64,000 nucleotides of DNA, from assembly GCA_963843095.1 (NCBI GenBank), contig CAWJLI010000065.1, forward strand, positions 1,123 to 65,122, read 5' to 3'. The notes beneath the pieces are model-generated. The model was not told where the DNA came from. It did not search any database and was given only the letters and a program-made list of their open reading frames with translations. Positions 10,460-17,812 of the stretch are shown here, one piece after another. The DNA comes from Bryobacterales bacterium. GTDB lineage: Bacteria > Acidobacteriota > Terriglobia > Bryobacterales > Bryobacteraceae. A program made the position numbers and the translations under genes. The number at the start of each line of letters is the position of its first letter. Positions within the stretch are counted from its first letter, which is position 1.

Positions 10460-10663
10460 TGTATGCCCCTTTTCCCCTTTGTCGGGGGATAAATTATGCT
10501 GAAGTTATGCGAAAGAATTGATCAGGTAGCCTAGATCACGAGTGGTCTAACCTGAACATAAATTTGGAACATAACCAATCTTCTTTTTGGCATTGTCTCT
10601 TTTACTCTAAATTGTTGTTTAGATTTACTGAAACAAAGGCACTTAAACCTAAATCAATCATCG

Positions 10664-11134
10664 CTACAATCTCCTCTTCGCAGAAATCTTCCGGTGTGGA
10701 CGGAAATTCACCAGCCGAAAGCTGAGTTCAGGATTGAGTTGTTTAACCATTGTATCTATGAAATTGATTCTGCCCGCTCTGCACCACCTCTCAATGACCG
10801 GGTGGTCTATCCCCAATTCGCGAGCCGCTTCGTAATTATGGCATCTGGAACACTGCACCAAAACGCAGTGGGGACTTTCTTCTACTATTTTTATGCTTGA
10901 GCCGAGACTATTATATACAGCTCTGACCAGTGGCTCTGCGGCCCGGGCGTTATATTTTTTAGTAGTTTTCCGCTTTATAATCAGTGGGTCCGGCATCGCT
11001 CCCATTTTCTCCATTGCTTTAGCAGATAAATCGATGGCTCGATCCATTCCAATCTCTTCAGCTACAGTTTGAGCAAAAACATGATGCATTTTGAACAGTG
11101 TTTTAGCGTTATTAAAAGTATCCTTATTTGCCAT
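10664..11134 (-). CDS. Cys-rich small protein, family uncertain (ATC-hydrolase-like?)
   Basis: 156-aa intact ORF with VQCSRCHNYEAARELGIDHPVIERWCRAG. Intact counterpart of the pseudogene at 8091..8560. Confidence 0.6.
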   Translation of the reverse strand: MANKDTFNNAKTLFKMHHVFAQTVAEEIGMDRAIDLSAKAMEKMGAMPDPLIIKRKTTKKYNARAAEPLVRAVYNSLGSSIKIVEESPHCVLVQCSRCHNYEAARELGIDHPVIERWCRAGRINFIDTMVKQLNPELSFRLVNFRPHRKISAKRRL

Positions 11135-11252
11135 ATAATCACCCCTATTTTGTAAATATTCGGGAATGATAAATTATTATCATTCACTTTTTCATAACAC
11201 AACCCCCAATAATCCAGGCCCGTTGCTGGTCTATTTGATTAAAAACTTCGTT

Positions 11253-11513
11253 CTAACACAATCGTTTGCAATCTAAACACCACCACATTGTCATTAATTT
11301 ATTACTTCTATTTTTGCCACGTCGCGAGCGTACTTTTACCGGTTCGAGATTTTCTTCCATACTCCCCAAAAATAACATCGCTTTACTTTGATCGGAGATC
11401 TTAATCAGATTGGTTGAACCGCAGGCAGCGCATTTGATTTCTTGATGCACATGATTTTCGCAATCATTGGGGTTACCGTCGAAAACCGCGTTCTTTGACC
11501 CATCACTAACCAC
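11253..11513 (-). CDS. small zinc-ribbon protein, inverted paralog of 201..473; N-terminus overprinted by IS-end repeats
   Basis: DCENHVHQEIKCAACGSTNLIKISDQSKAMLFL...WWCLDCKRLC aligns with the left copy from DCE onward. The first ~17 codons are encoded by the TGGGTCAAAGAA repeats, so the 5' end is probably not native. Confidence 0.55.
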   Translation of the reverse strand: MVSDGSKNAVFDGNPNDCENHVHQEIKCAACGSTNLIKISDQSKAMLFLGSMEENLEPVKVRSRRGKNRSNKLMTMWWCLDCKRLC

Positions 11514-11526
11514 ATTCTTTGACCCA
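11491..11526. repeat. two direct copies of TTCTTTGACCCA (minus-strand TGGGTCAAAGAA), putative IS21-type terminal repeats
   Basis: Copies at 11491-11502 and 11515-11526, just 3' of the istB remnant on the minus strand. A third partial copy, CTTTGACCC, is at 11819-11827. Confidence 0.5.
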
Positions 11527-11554
11527 CCCGGGGATTATTAAAGTTGTACTACTT

Positions 11555-11835
11555 CTACTTTACTGCTGTCAATCCCTCCTTTCGCCGGTGCGGCGATAGT
11601 TTTTCCCTGTAACTCGATCCCTCGATAACAATCTGATAGCTGGCATTTGCCAGCCTGTCCAGAGCGCTGTTACCGAGGATAGGGTCATCAAACAATCCCA
11701 GCCACTCTTCCACCGACCGGTTACTGGTAAAAGCAAAGCTGGACTGCCGGTGCCTGGCGATGATGAGTTCATAAAGGTCAGTTGACTGCTGACCCAAGAC
11801 CTCCGTGAGTACTTCAAACTTTGACCCGCCTCCAA
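11555..11835 (-). mobile_element. IS21-family IstB helper ATPase, C-terminal remnant
   Basis: EVLTEVLGQQSTDLYELIIARHRQSSFAFTSNRSVEEWLGLFDDPILGNSALDRLANASYQIVIEGSSYREKL matches the IstB C-terminus. No Walker A region and no istA upstream. Confidence 0.7.
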
Positions 11836-11849
11836 ATAGACCGGATCGG

Positions 11850-12305
11850 ATGTACAGGCACGACCGGCCTGTTGATCCCGAGTTCTTGCCTTCAGAACTC
11901 CTCTATTACCGGATCGCTGTTACTGGGCCTGTTGGGTCATGCCCCGATGGAGTCGATATTCGGCTTCCGGAGGATTCGGTTAACCGAGGTAAGTATAGCG
12001 AACCGACGGACGTTCTTTTTCCGGACTATTTTCACCTTGGCGTAGCAGAGTTTCCAGTCTCCAAGATTCCCGCTCCTCGCTCCTTCACGGATCAGCAAGG
12101 GAACTCCAGGGGTTACGAACTGAAGGTCGAGCACGACCCGAAGGAGGATAACTATGCCCATTCCGAGTTGCGGGCCTTCCGCGAACGTTCGAGGGTGACT
12201 CATACGGGCAAGATTCCGGTAACCGTGAAAAGCGAGTTCCGTCAGTTGGTTGCTGAAGCAATGGTCATCCGTGTTGCCGTGCCTGCAGGCCACCCCACGC
12301 AGTGA
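11850..12305 (+). CDS. hypothetical protein (orphan)
   Basis: ATG at 11850 (MYRHDRPVDPEFLPSELLYYRI...DNYAHSELRAF...). Intermediate GC. No family recognised. The track ORF starts at an upstream GTG at 11805. Confidence 0.5.
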   Translation: MYRHDRPVDPEFLPSELLYYRIAVTGPVGSCPDGVDIRLPEDSVNRGKYSEPTDVLFPDYFHLGVAEFPVSKIPAPRSFTDQQGNSRGYELKVEHDPKEDNYAHSELRAFRERSRVTHTGKIPVTVKSEFRQLVAEAMVIRVAVPAGHPTQ

Positions 12306-12508
12306 AGCAGTGAAGCGTACATTCAAACGAATTGACGGAATATCCACGGGTGGAATCTGGTGACGCTATGGTGACGAGTTAGAGACCAAACAATCCAAAG
12401 ACTCGCCGAAGCACTGCGAGCGAAAATCGGTCCGATTCGGCTGCACGGTATGGGCTTATGCGATTTGTAGCGAAGCACTGCAAAGTGCGCTAAATGCCTT
12501 CGACCCCT

Positions 12509-12552
12509 CTTTCACGGCGGTAACGGGGGTTCGAATCCCCCTGGGGACGCCA
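12509..12552 (+). pseudogene. 3' fragment of tRNA-Glu(UUC), anticodon loop to CCA; att-like scar
   Basis: CTTTCACGGCGGTAACGGGGGTTCGAATCCCCCTGGGGACGCCA parallels the E. coli tRNA-Glu 3' half (CUUUCACGGCGGUAACAGGGGUUCGAAUCCCCUAGGGGACGCCA). There is no GTCCCC acceptor or D-arm upstream. Confidence 0.7.
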
Positions 12553-12597
12553 ACTATACAGAACATGCGGGCTCCTAATTCAGCGCGTGGTAAGAGC

Positions 12598-12627
12598 AAC
12601 AAGAAATGTCGAGACGAATCTCGACAC
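12598..12627 (-). terminator. putative rho-independent terminator downstream of adk
   Basis: Stem GTCGAGA/TCTCGAC (12608-12614 / 12620-12626), followed on the minus strand by ATTTCTTGTT. Confidence 0.45.
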
Positions 12628-12682
12628 GGCAGGCAGGAATACCCGCGCCACGCCGCCAGACGGAACCGTGAGAAAATGCCGG

Positions 12683-13357
12683 CTAGTAGCGGTCGGCAAC
12701 GGGAATCGTGCCAGTAGCTTCGATCACCGCTTCCTCGATCGAGCGCGCCACGTGCGCAAGCGGTTGGGCGCCATCCACGGTATGGACACGCGCCGGCCCA
12801 TACCAGTCCAGAATCGGACCGGTGAGCTGGCTGTAGGCATATAGACGGTCGCGGATCACCGATTCCAGATCGTCCTCCCGGGTGAGCAGCCCCGAACCAT
12901 CGTCGTCACAATAACCCGCGATGCGCGGCGGTTGCGACTGCAGGTTGTAAATCTTCAAGCACTTGGGGCATTGGCGGCGGGCGGTCAAACGCGCCACCAG
13001 GATGCTGTCCGGCACGTCGAGGTGAATCACTACCGGCTCAGGCAAGTCGCGCTCGGCCAACAGCGTCGCGAAGTTCTGCGCCTGCGGCACCGTGCGCGGG
13101 TATCCATCCAGCAGGAAGCCGTTCTTGCAGTCCGGCCGCGAAGTGCGGCTGGCTACGATGCCGTTGACGATGTCATCGCTCACCAAGCCGCCGGCCTGCA
13201 TGATGACGCTGGCCTGCTTGCCCAATTCCGTTCCCGCTTTGCACTCGGCGCGGAACATTTCGCCAGTGGAGATGGCCGGTATGTGGAATTTTTCAGCAAG
13301 TGAAGTCGCTTGCGTACCTTTGCCACAGCCGGGCGGACCAAAAAGCAGCAAAATCAC
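12683..13357 (-). CDS. adk: adenylate kinase
   Basis: P-loop GPPGCGKGT, LLDGYPRT, and a lid with CPKC...CDDD. GTG start preceded by GGAGG. Confidence 0.95.
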   Translation of the reverse strand: MILLLFGPPGCGKGTQATSLAEKFHIPAISTGEMFRAECKAGTELGKQASVIMQAGGLVSDDIVNGIVASRTSRPDCKNGFLLDGYPRTVPQAQNFATLLAERDLPEPVVIHLDVPDSILVARLTARRQCPKCLKIYNLQSQPPRIAGYCDDDGSGLLTREDDLESVIRDRLYAYSQLTGPILDWYGPARVHTVDGAQPLAHVARSIEEAVIEATGTIPVADRY

Positions 13358-13403
13358 GACAGCCTCCAGAACCTAAGTTTAACATAATCAGGTCTGAAGC
13401 TGC

Positions 13404-14507
13404 CTAATCGGGTTGAATCCTTCCGTCGCGGCGGAGGCGGAGATTGAGGCCGCGCCATTCCACCGTCATGCCGAACAGGCCGGCGACCCAGATTGCGCTT
13501 CCGAGCAGATCGCGAATCGGGATGAGCGCCAAGCGGCGGCCAGTGGCGGCATCTTCCAGGACTTCCGCGGCGATCCAGGCGCCGGCGGCGATGCGCAGCG
13601 CGAGAGCCGGAATGGCGGCCCACCATGCTCCGGCCAACAGCGCCACCAGGCTCCACAACGTGGCGTGGGTGACAATCGAGCCGCAGTAGCCGGAAAACCG
13701 CGAGACGCGGATGGTGCGCGCCCAGCGCAACTGGTGCCGCCAGACCTGGCCCCACGAGCCGGCGCCCAGGTTGGTTTCCACCACCACGTCCGCGAACTCG
13801 ATGTGCAGCCCGAGTTGATGGATGTGGCGGCCCAGTTGGTAATCGTCGGCCAGGTAATCGAAGATGGTTTCGAAGCCGCCGATGGCGCGCAACGTTTCGG
13901 CGCGGAAGGCCATCGTCGACCCAAGAGCGAATTCGGCCACGCCCAGCAGGCGCGCCACCATCACGCTGGGCGCGAAATCGGTAGCGATGCCGAGGGCCTC
14001 CATGCGGGTTGCCGGAGAGCCGCCGTGCGCGCGATAGAGGCACGTCACCAGCCCGGTTCCGGCTCCGGCGAGCGGCGCCACCACGGCGTCCAGATATCCG
14101 GGCGGAACGAAAATGTCGCCGTCGTTCACCAGCAGAACCTCGTGTCGGGCGTGGCGCGCCAGTTCGGCCAGCACGCCGGCTTTGGCATTGGGCGCGGTGG
14201 TGGATACGACGTGGAGGGAAATCGCCAGGTTGGGAAACTCGCTCTGCAAGCTCGCGATGTCCGCTATCGCCGGATCGCTGGGATCGCTGACGCCGAACAG
14301 GATTTCGAACTCCGGATAGTTCTGCGCGGCGTGAGAGCGGACGCAGGCGTAAAAGCTGGGGTCGCGGCCCTGAACGGGCTTGAGGACAGAGATGGGGGGC
14401 GCATACGGCGGCCACTGCGCCGCCAGCCTGCCCCACCGTGTAGCGGCGATGAGCGCCAGCAGATAGTACGCAGCCGCCGCCAGCGCCGGAAGTGCCAGCA
14501 GGATCAC
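13404..14507 (-). CDS. hpnI: hopanoid-associated family-2 glycosyltransferase HpnI-like
   Basis: ISVLKPVQGRDP...YPEFEILFGVSDPSDPAIADI...VLLVNDGDIFVPPGYLDAVVAPLA...GLVTCLYRA fits the HpnI/ceramide-glucosyltransferase-like pattern. Sits next to hpnJ. The GTG start overlaps the upstream stop (GTGA). Confidence 0.75.
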   Translation of the reverse strand: MILLALPALAAAAYYLLALIAATRWGRLAAQWPPYAPPISVLKPVQGRDPSFYACVRSHAAQNYPEFEILFGVSDPSDPAIADIASLQSEFPNLAISLHVVSTTAPNAKAGVLAELARHARHEVLLVNDGDIFVPPGYLDAVVAPLAGAGTGLVTCLYRAHGGSPATRMEALGIATDFAPSVMVARLLGVAEFALGSTMAFRAETLRAIGGFETIFDYLADDYQLGRHIHQLGLHIEFADVVVETNLGAGSWGQVWRHQLRWARTIRVSRFSGYCGSIVTHATLWSLVALLAGAWWAAIPALALRIAAGAWIAAEVLEDAATGRRLALIPIRDLLGSAIWVAGLFGMTVEWRGLNLRLRRDGRIQPD

Positions 14508-14866
14508 AGCGACACCAGCGCCACGCCGCAGAGGACGACCGCCGCGCCAGCCCAGCGCAGCCAGTTGACGCGCTCCTTCAGAACGTACTTGGCCAAAATC
14601 GTTTCGATGACGTAGGTGACCGCGGTGACCGGAACGGCGAAGCTGAGGTCGGTGAACGACAGCAGTCCGAGGTAGGCGAAGAACGAAACCGCCATCGCCA
14701 CCACCGACAAGATGACGACGCCGTTGCGCGCCAGCGTGCCCGCCGCGCGGCCAAGCGCGCCGGGGCGGAAGTCGCGGATCTCGCCATGGCGGCGCATGCC
14801 GATCGCTTGCAGCACTTCACCCACGCTGGTGGCAGCCACGATGATGGCAATCAGCAGCCACTTCAT
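14504..14866 (-). CDS. half-size DMT/EamA-like membrane protein (4 TM)
   Basis: 120 aa. LSFTDLSFAVPVTAVTYVIETILAKYVLKERVNWLRWAGAAVVLCGVALV is an EamA half-repeat. ATGA overlap with the upstream gene. Confidence 0.7.
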   Translation of the reverse strand: MKWLLIAIIVAATSVGEVLQAIGMRRHGEIRDFRPGALGRAAGTLARNGVVILSVVAMAVSFFAYLGLLSFTDLSFAVPVTAVTYVIETILAKYVLKERVNWLRWAGAAVVLCGVALVSL

Positions 14867-15276
14867 GATGCCCCCTCCGGTTTCCCGCGAAAGGTCTGCG
14901 GCGCGCTGCCGCTGCCCACCAGCGCCACTCCGGCCATGATCAGCAGAATGCCGGCCCAGCGCTGGCGAGTGATCCGTTCATCGAGCAGCCAGCGGCCGAG
15001 GAACGCCACCAGCACGTAGCCAATCGACGTCACCGGCAGCACGTAGCTCAAATCCGCCCAGCTCAGCAGCGTCATCCGCGAAAGCAGCCACACAATCAGC
15101 AACGACACGCCCAGCGCCACCCACGGCCGGAACAGCACGGTGATGTAGGAGAGCGGCGAGGGAAGCTCATCCGGCATGCCGCGTTTGAGAAAGAAATTGC
15201 CGAAGACCTGGGCCAGCACCACGATAGCGGCGCAGGCCCAGGTCTTGCTGCGCAACCGCGCGGTTTCCGGCGTCAT
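14863..15276 (-). CDS. half-size DMT/EamA-like membrane protein (4 TM)
   Basis: Start set at ATG 15276 (MTPETARL), 8 nt after the hpnJ stop. LSWADLSYVLPVTSIGYVLVAFLGRWLLDERITRQRWAGILLIMAGVALV. The longer track ORF would overlap hpnJ. Confidence 0.65.
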   Translation of the reverse strand: MTPETARLRSKTWACAAIVVLAQVFGNFFLKRGMPDELPSPLSYITVLFRPWVALGVSLLIVWLLSRMTLLSWADLSYVLPVTSIGYVLVAFLGRWLLDERITRQRWAGILLIMAGVALVGSGSAPQTFRGKPEGAS

Positions 15277-15284
15277 CAGAGGGG

Positions 15285-16748
15285 TTAATCGCCGGAAGAA
15301 ACCGGCGCCGGGGTCGCGGCGGCCTTGTGGCCCGCCACAAATTTCTTGCGCTTGGAACGAAGCGCCATGTATTCGCGTGCTTCCTTGGTCAGGCGCCGCC
15401 GCTCGCTCGAATTGAAGATGGCTTTCCGGACGATGCGCCAGATCACGCGCGGGCGGAAGAAGTACTCGCCATAGAAGCGCTCTACCCAATCCACCAGCTC
15501 GCCGCGGTCCAGCCCCGGGTAGATCACGACCGGCAATTGGTGGCCGGTTTCATCGGTCAGCGCATCGATGGTGAGCAGATCGTTCTTCTTGGCGTAATTG
15601 TAGAACTCGGTGCCTGGATAGGGATGGGCGATCGAGACCTGGATGGTTTCCGTATCCATCCGCTTGGCGAAATCGATGGTCTTGCGGATCGTGTCCCGCG
15701 TTTCGCCGGGCAGGCCGATGATGTAATCGCCATGCACCGTGAGGTCCAGTTTCTTGCAGTTGGCCGTAAAGCGCTCGGCCATCTCGACGGTGGCGCCCTT
15801 CTTGATGTTCTTCAGGATCTGCTGGTCGCCCGATTCGTAGCCCACGATCAGCAGCCGGCAGCCGGCTTCCTTCATCGCCTTCAGCGTCTCGTAATCGGTG
15901 GTGACACGCGATGTGCAGGACCAGGTGAACTTCAGCGGCTTGAGCTTCTTGCACAGCTCGATGGTGCGGTCCTTGCGGTAGTTGAAGGTGTCGTCGTCGA
16001 AAAAGATTTCCTTGATATTGGGGAACTGCTCGATCGCGTAGCGGGCTTCCGCGGCTACATCGTCGGCCGAGCGCAGGCGCCAGCGGTGGCCGGAATGTGT
16101 CTGCGGCCACAGGCAGAAGGTACACAGCGCCGGGCAGCCGCGGCTGGTATAGAACGCGATATAAGGGTTGAGCAGAAACGGGACGTTGTAACGCGTGACA
16201 TCGAGATCGCGCTTGTAGGTCTTGGTCACCCAGGGCAGCGCGTCCAGATCCTCGATGGCGGGGCCTTCGGGGTTGTGGATCACGTCGCCGTTGCGGCGGA
16301 AACTCACTCCCGGCAATTCGGCGAGCGGTTTACCCTTGGCGTAATCGGCGATCTGGTAATCGAACTCGCGGCGCACCACGAAATCGATCGCGGTCGTCGA
16401 GCGCAGGGTTTTTTCCGGCTCGATGGTGACCGGCGGCCCCACGAACGCCACCCGCAGCTTCGAATTCGCGTCCTTCATCATCTCCGCCATCTTGACGTCC
16501 ACCTGGAAGCCCGGCGAGGAAGTGTAGAGCACCAGCAGCTCGAAATCCTTCGCCATCTCGACGGTTTGCGGGATGGAGATCTTGTGCGGCGGCGCATCCA
16601 CCACCTTGCTGTCGGCCAGCATGCCGGCCGGATAGCAGAGCCACACGGGATACCAGTAGGATTCGATTTCGCGCGAGGCCGGCCAGCGCGAGCCGGCGCC
16701 TCCATCGAATCCTTCAAAGGACGGCGGATTCAGAAATAGTGTTCGCAT
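15285..16748 (-). CDS. hpnJ: hopanoid biosynthesis-associated B12-binding radical SAM protein HpnJ
   Basis: MRTLFLNPPSFEGFDGGAGSRWPASREIESYWYPVWL... and the radical SAM site YTSRGCPALCTFCLWPQT match the HpnJ family pattern as I recall it. Confidence 0.85.
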   Translation of the reverse strand: MRTLFLNPPSFEGFDGGAGSRWPASREIESYWYPVWLCYPAGMLADSKVVDAPPHKISIPQTVEMAKDFELLVLYTSSPGFQVDVKMAEMMKDANSKLRVAFVGPPVTIEPEKTLRSTTAIDFVVRREFDYQIADYAKGKPLAELPGVSFRRNGDVIHNPEGPAIEDLDALPWVTKTYKRDLDVTRYNVPFLLNPYIAFYTSRGCPALCTFCLWPQTHSGHRWRLRSADDVAAEARYAIEQFPNIKEIFFDDDTFNYRKDRTIELCKKLKPLKFTWSCTSRVTTDYETLKAMKEAGCRLLIVGYESGDQQILKNIKKGATVEMAERFTANCKKLDLTVHGDYIIGLPGETRDTIRKTIDFAKRMDTETIQVSIAHPYPGTEFYNYAKKNDLLTIDALTDETGHQLPVVIYPGLDRGELVDWVERFYGEYFFRPRVIWRIVRKAIFNSSERRRLTKEAREYMALRSKRKKFVAGHKAAATPAPVSSGD

Positions 16749-16778
16749 GCATTCCCCCCACCCGGCGCTTGCCGCCGG

Positions 16779-17477
16779 CTACCGGGCTTCGTCCACCGCA
16801 TCGGTTTCATCCAATGCGTAATTGCTATAGGCGACGGTCAGTTCCGCGCGCCCCACCAGGCGCGTATCCACCACGCTCTCCATCCGCAGCGGCACGGCCT
16901 GGCCGTCGCGGATCTCGTATTTTCGCGTGAAGGCCACCCGCCTCACGAATAGAGACGGACTCTTGACTAGGTACCCCGATTCCCGCACCTTCAAGTAGGT
17001 AGCGGTGTCGATCCACAGGTCGCCTTTGAACAGTCCCTCCGCCTTGTGCTTCGGCGTCACCTGAAACCAGTAAACGTCGCGACCGTCCAGTTCCGAGCGG
17101 CCCTTGAAGTGGAAGCGATAGTGATCCGGCGTCACCGCCATGGCGGCCTTACGATCCTGCTGCGCACCGATTTCGGCGGCCAGATAGCGGGCAATCAGTT
17201 CGCGCTTGACCGTTCCGTCCCCTTCAAATCCCAGCACCTGGTACGTGATGCGGCCCAGCCGGGAGATGCGGCGCAGCGCGCGCAGCTTGCCGGTCTTGCT
17301 GAGCTTCGGCAGCGCGCCATTGATTTCCACTTCCATCGTCGAGGCCCTCGAAGAATCCGCCTGGTTTTGCGCCGCCACACAATAATTGCGCACGATTGCT
17401 TCGGCGCCGTCGGAAGACTCCTCCGCCATCGCCAAAGCACCGAGAAAAAGAACAGGTATAAAAACGCAGACCTTCAA
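16779..17477 (-). CDS. secreted LolA-like / outer-membrane lipoprotein-sorting-like protein
   Basis: TTG start at 17477 gives the signal peptide (M)KVCVFIPVLFLGALAMA. The body has DHYRFHFKGRSELDGRDVYWFQVTPKHKAEGLFKGDLWIDTATY...AYSNY, typical of the LolA-like beta-fold. Fold assignment is from pattern only. Confidence 0.5.
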   Translation of the reverse strand: MKVCVFIPVLFLGALAMAEESSDGAEAIVRNYCVAAQNQADSSRASTMEVEINGALPKLSKTGKLRALRRISRLGRITYQVLGFEGDGTVKRELIARYLAAEIGAQQDRKAAMAVTPDHYRFHFKGRSELDGRDVYWFQVTPKHKAEGLFKGDLWIDTATYLKVRESGYLVKSPSLFVRRVAFTRKYEIRDGQAVPLRMESVVDTRLVGRAELTVAYSNYALDETDAVDEAR

Positions 17478-17812
17478 AGTTGATACCCCGAGCCGGAAAA
17501 GACTTGAATACTCGAGTCTAACAGGGGAGGGAGGATAAGGGCAATGGCGGCTTGGGTAGGTGCTGTTGGATACGATCACAAAAGCGAACCGTCGAAGCGC
17601 GCAGGCCAAAAAAATCCGAGCGCATCGTTGAGCACGTTTCCCCCAACGCCGCTTCGGACCAATTGCGAGCCCGCTGGAGGCTGCGGGATCAGAGCTTTGT
17701 ATGAGCGGCTGATGATCCGTTCGGAACCAAGTAAACGCTGGAGCGTTTTTGGGCGACCCATCGGCCGGTTCCCGAGATTGGCTGCAATCCGTGGGAACAT
17801 CGCTCAACTACG

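Noticed and set aside
1884-11134. Idea that SnoaL-like, SRPBCC and small-barrel genes represent an aromatic polyketide tailoring cluster.
   Set aside because: No ketosynthase, chain-length factor, ACP or other core biosynthetic gene is present, and several members are stubs. The fold combination alone is not evidence for a PKS pathway.
12476-12552. Possibility that the tRNA-like 3' end is a tmRNA or a complete tRNA.
   Set aside because: A tmRNA needs a GGGGCUG...CAGCUCCACCA alanine-type acceptor. Here the 3' strand is TGGGGAC-G-CCA, which requires a 5' GTCCCCA that is absent anywhere upstream. The anticodon stem 5' strand is also mismatched. Only the 3' part of tRNA-Glu is present.
14863-15489. 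N-terminal extensions of several track ORFs (14863..15489, 16779..17807, 27870..28544, 31948..33351, 38538..39833, 41309..43990, 52380..53678, 47215..49119).
   Set aside because: The extensions overlap the preceding gene or are low-complexity sequence. Internal starts give canonical N-termini (signal peptides, MCGIVG of GlmS, Rossmann start, Walker-A context) and classic ATGA/GTGA coupling.
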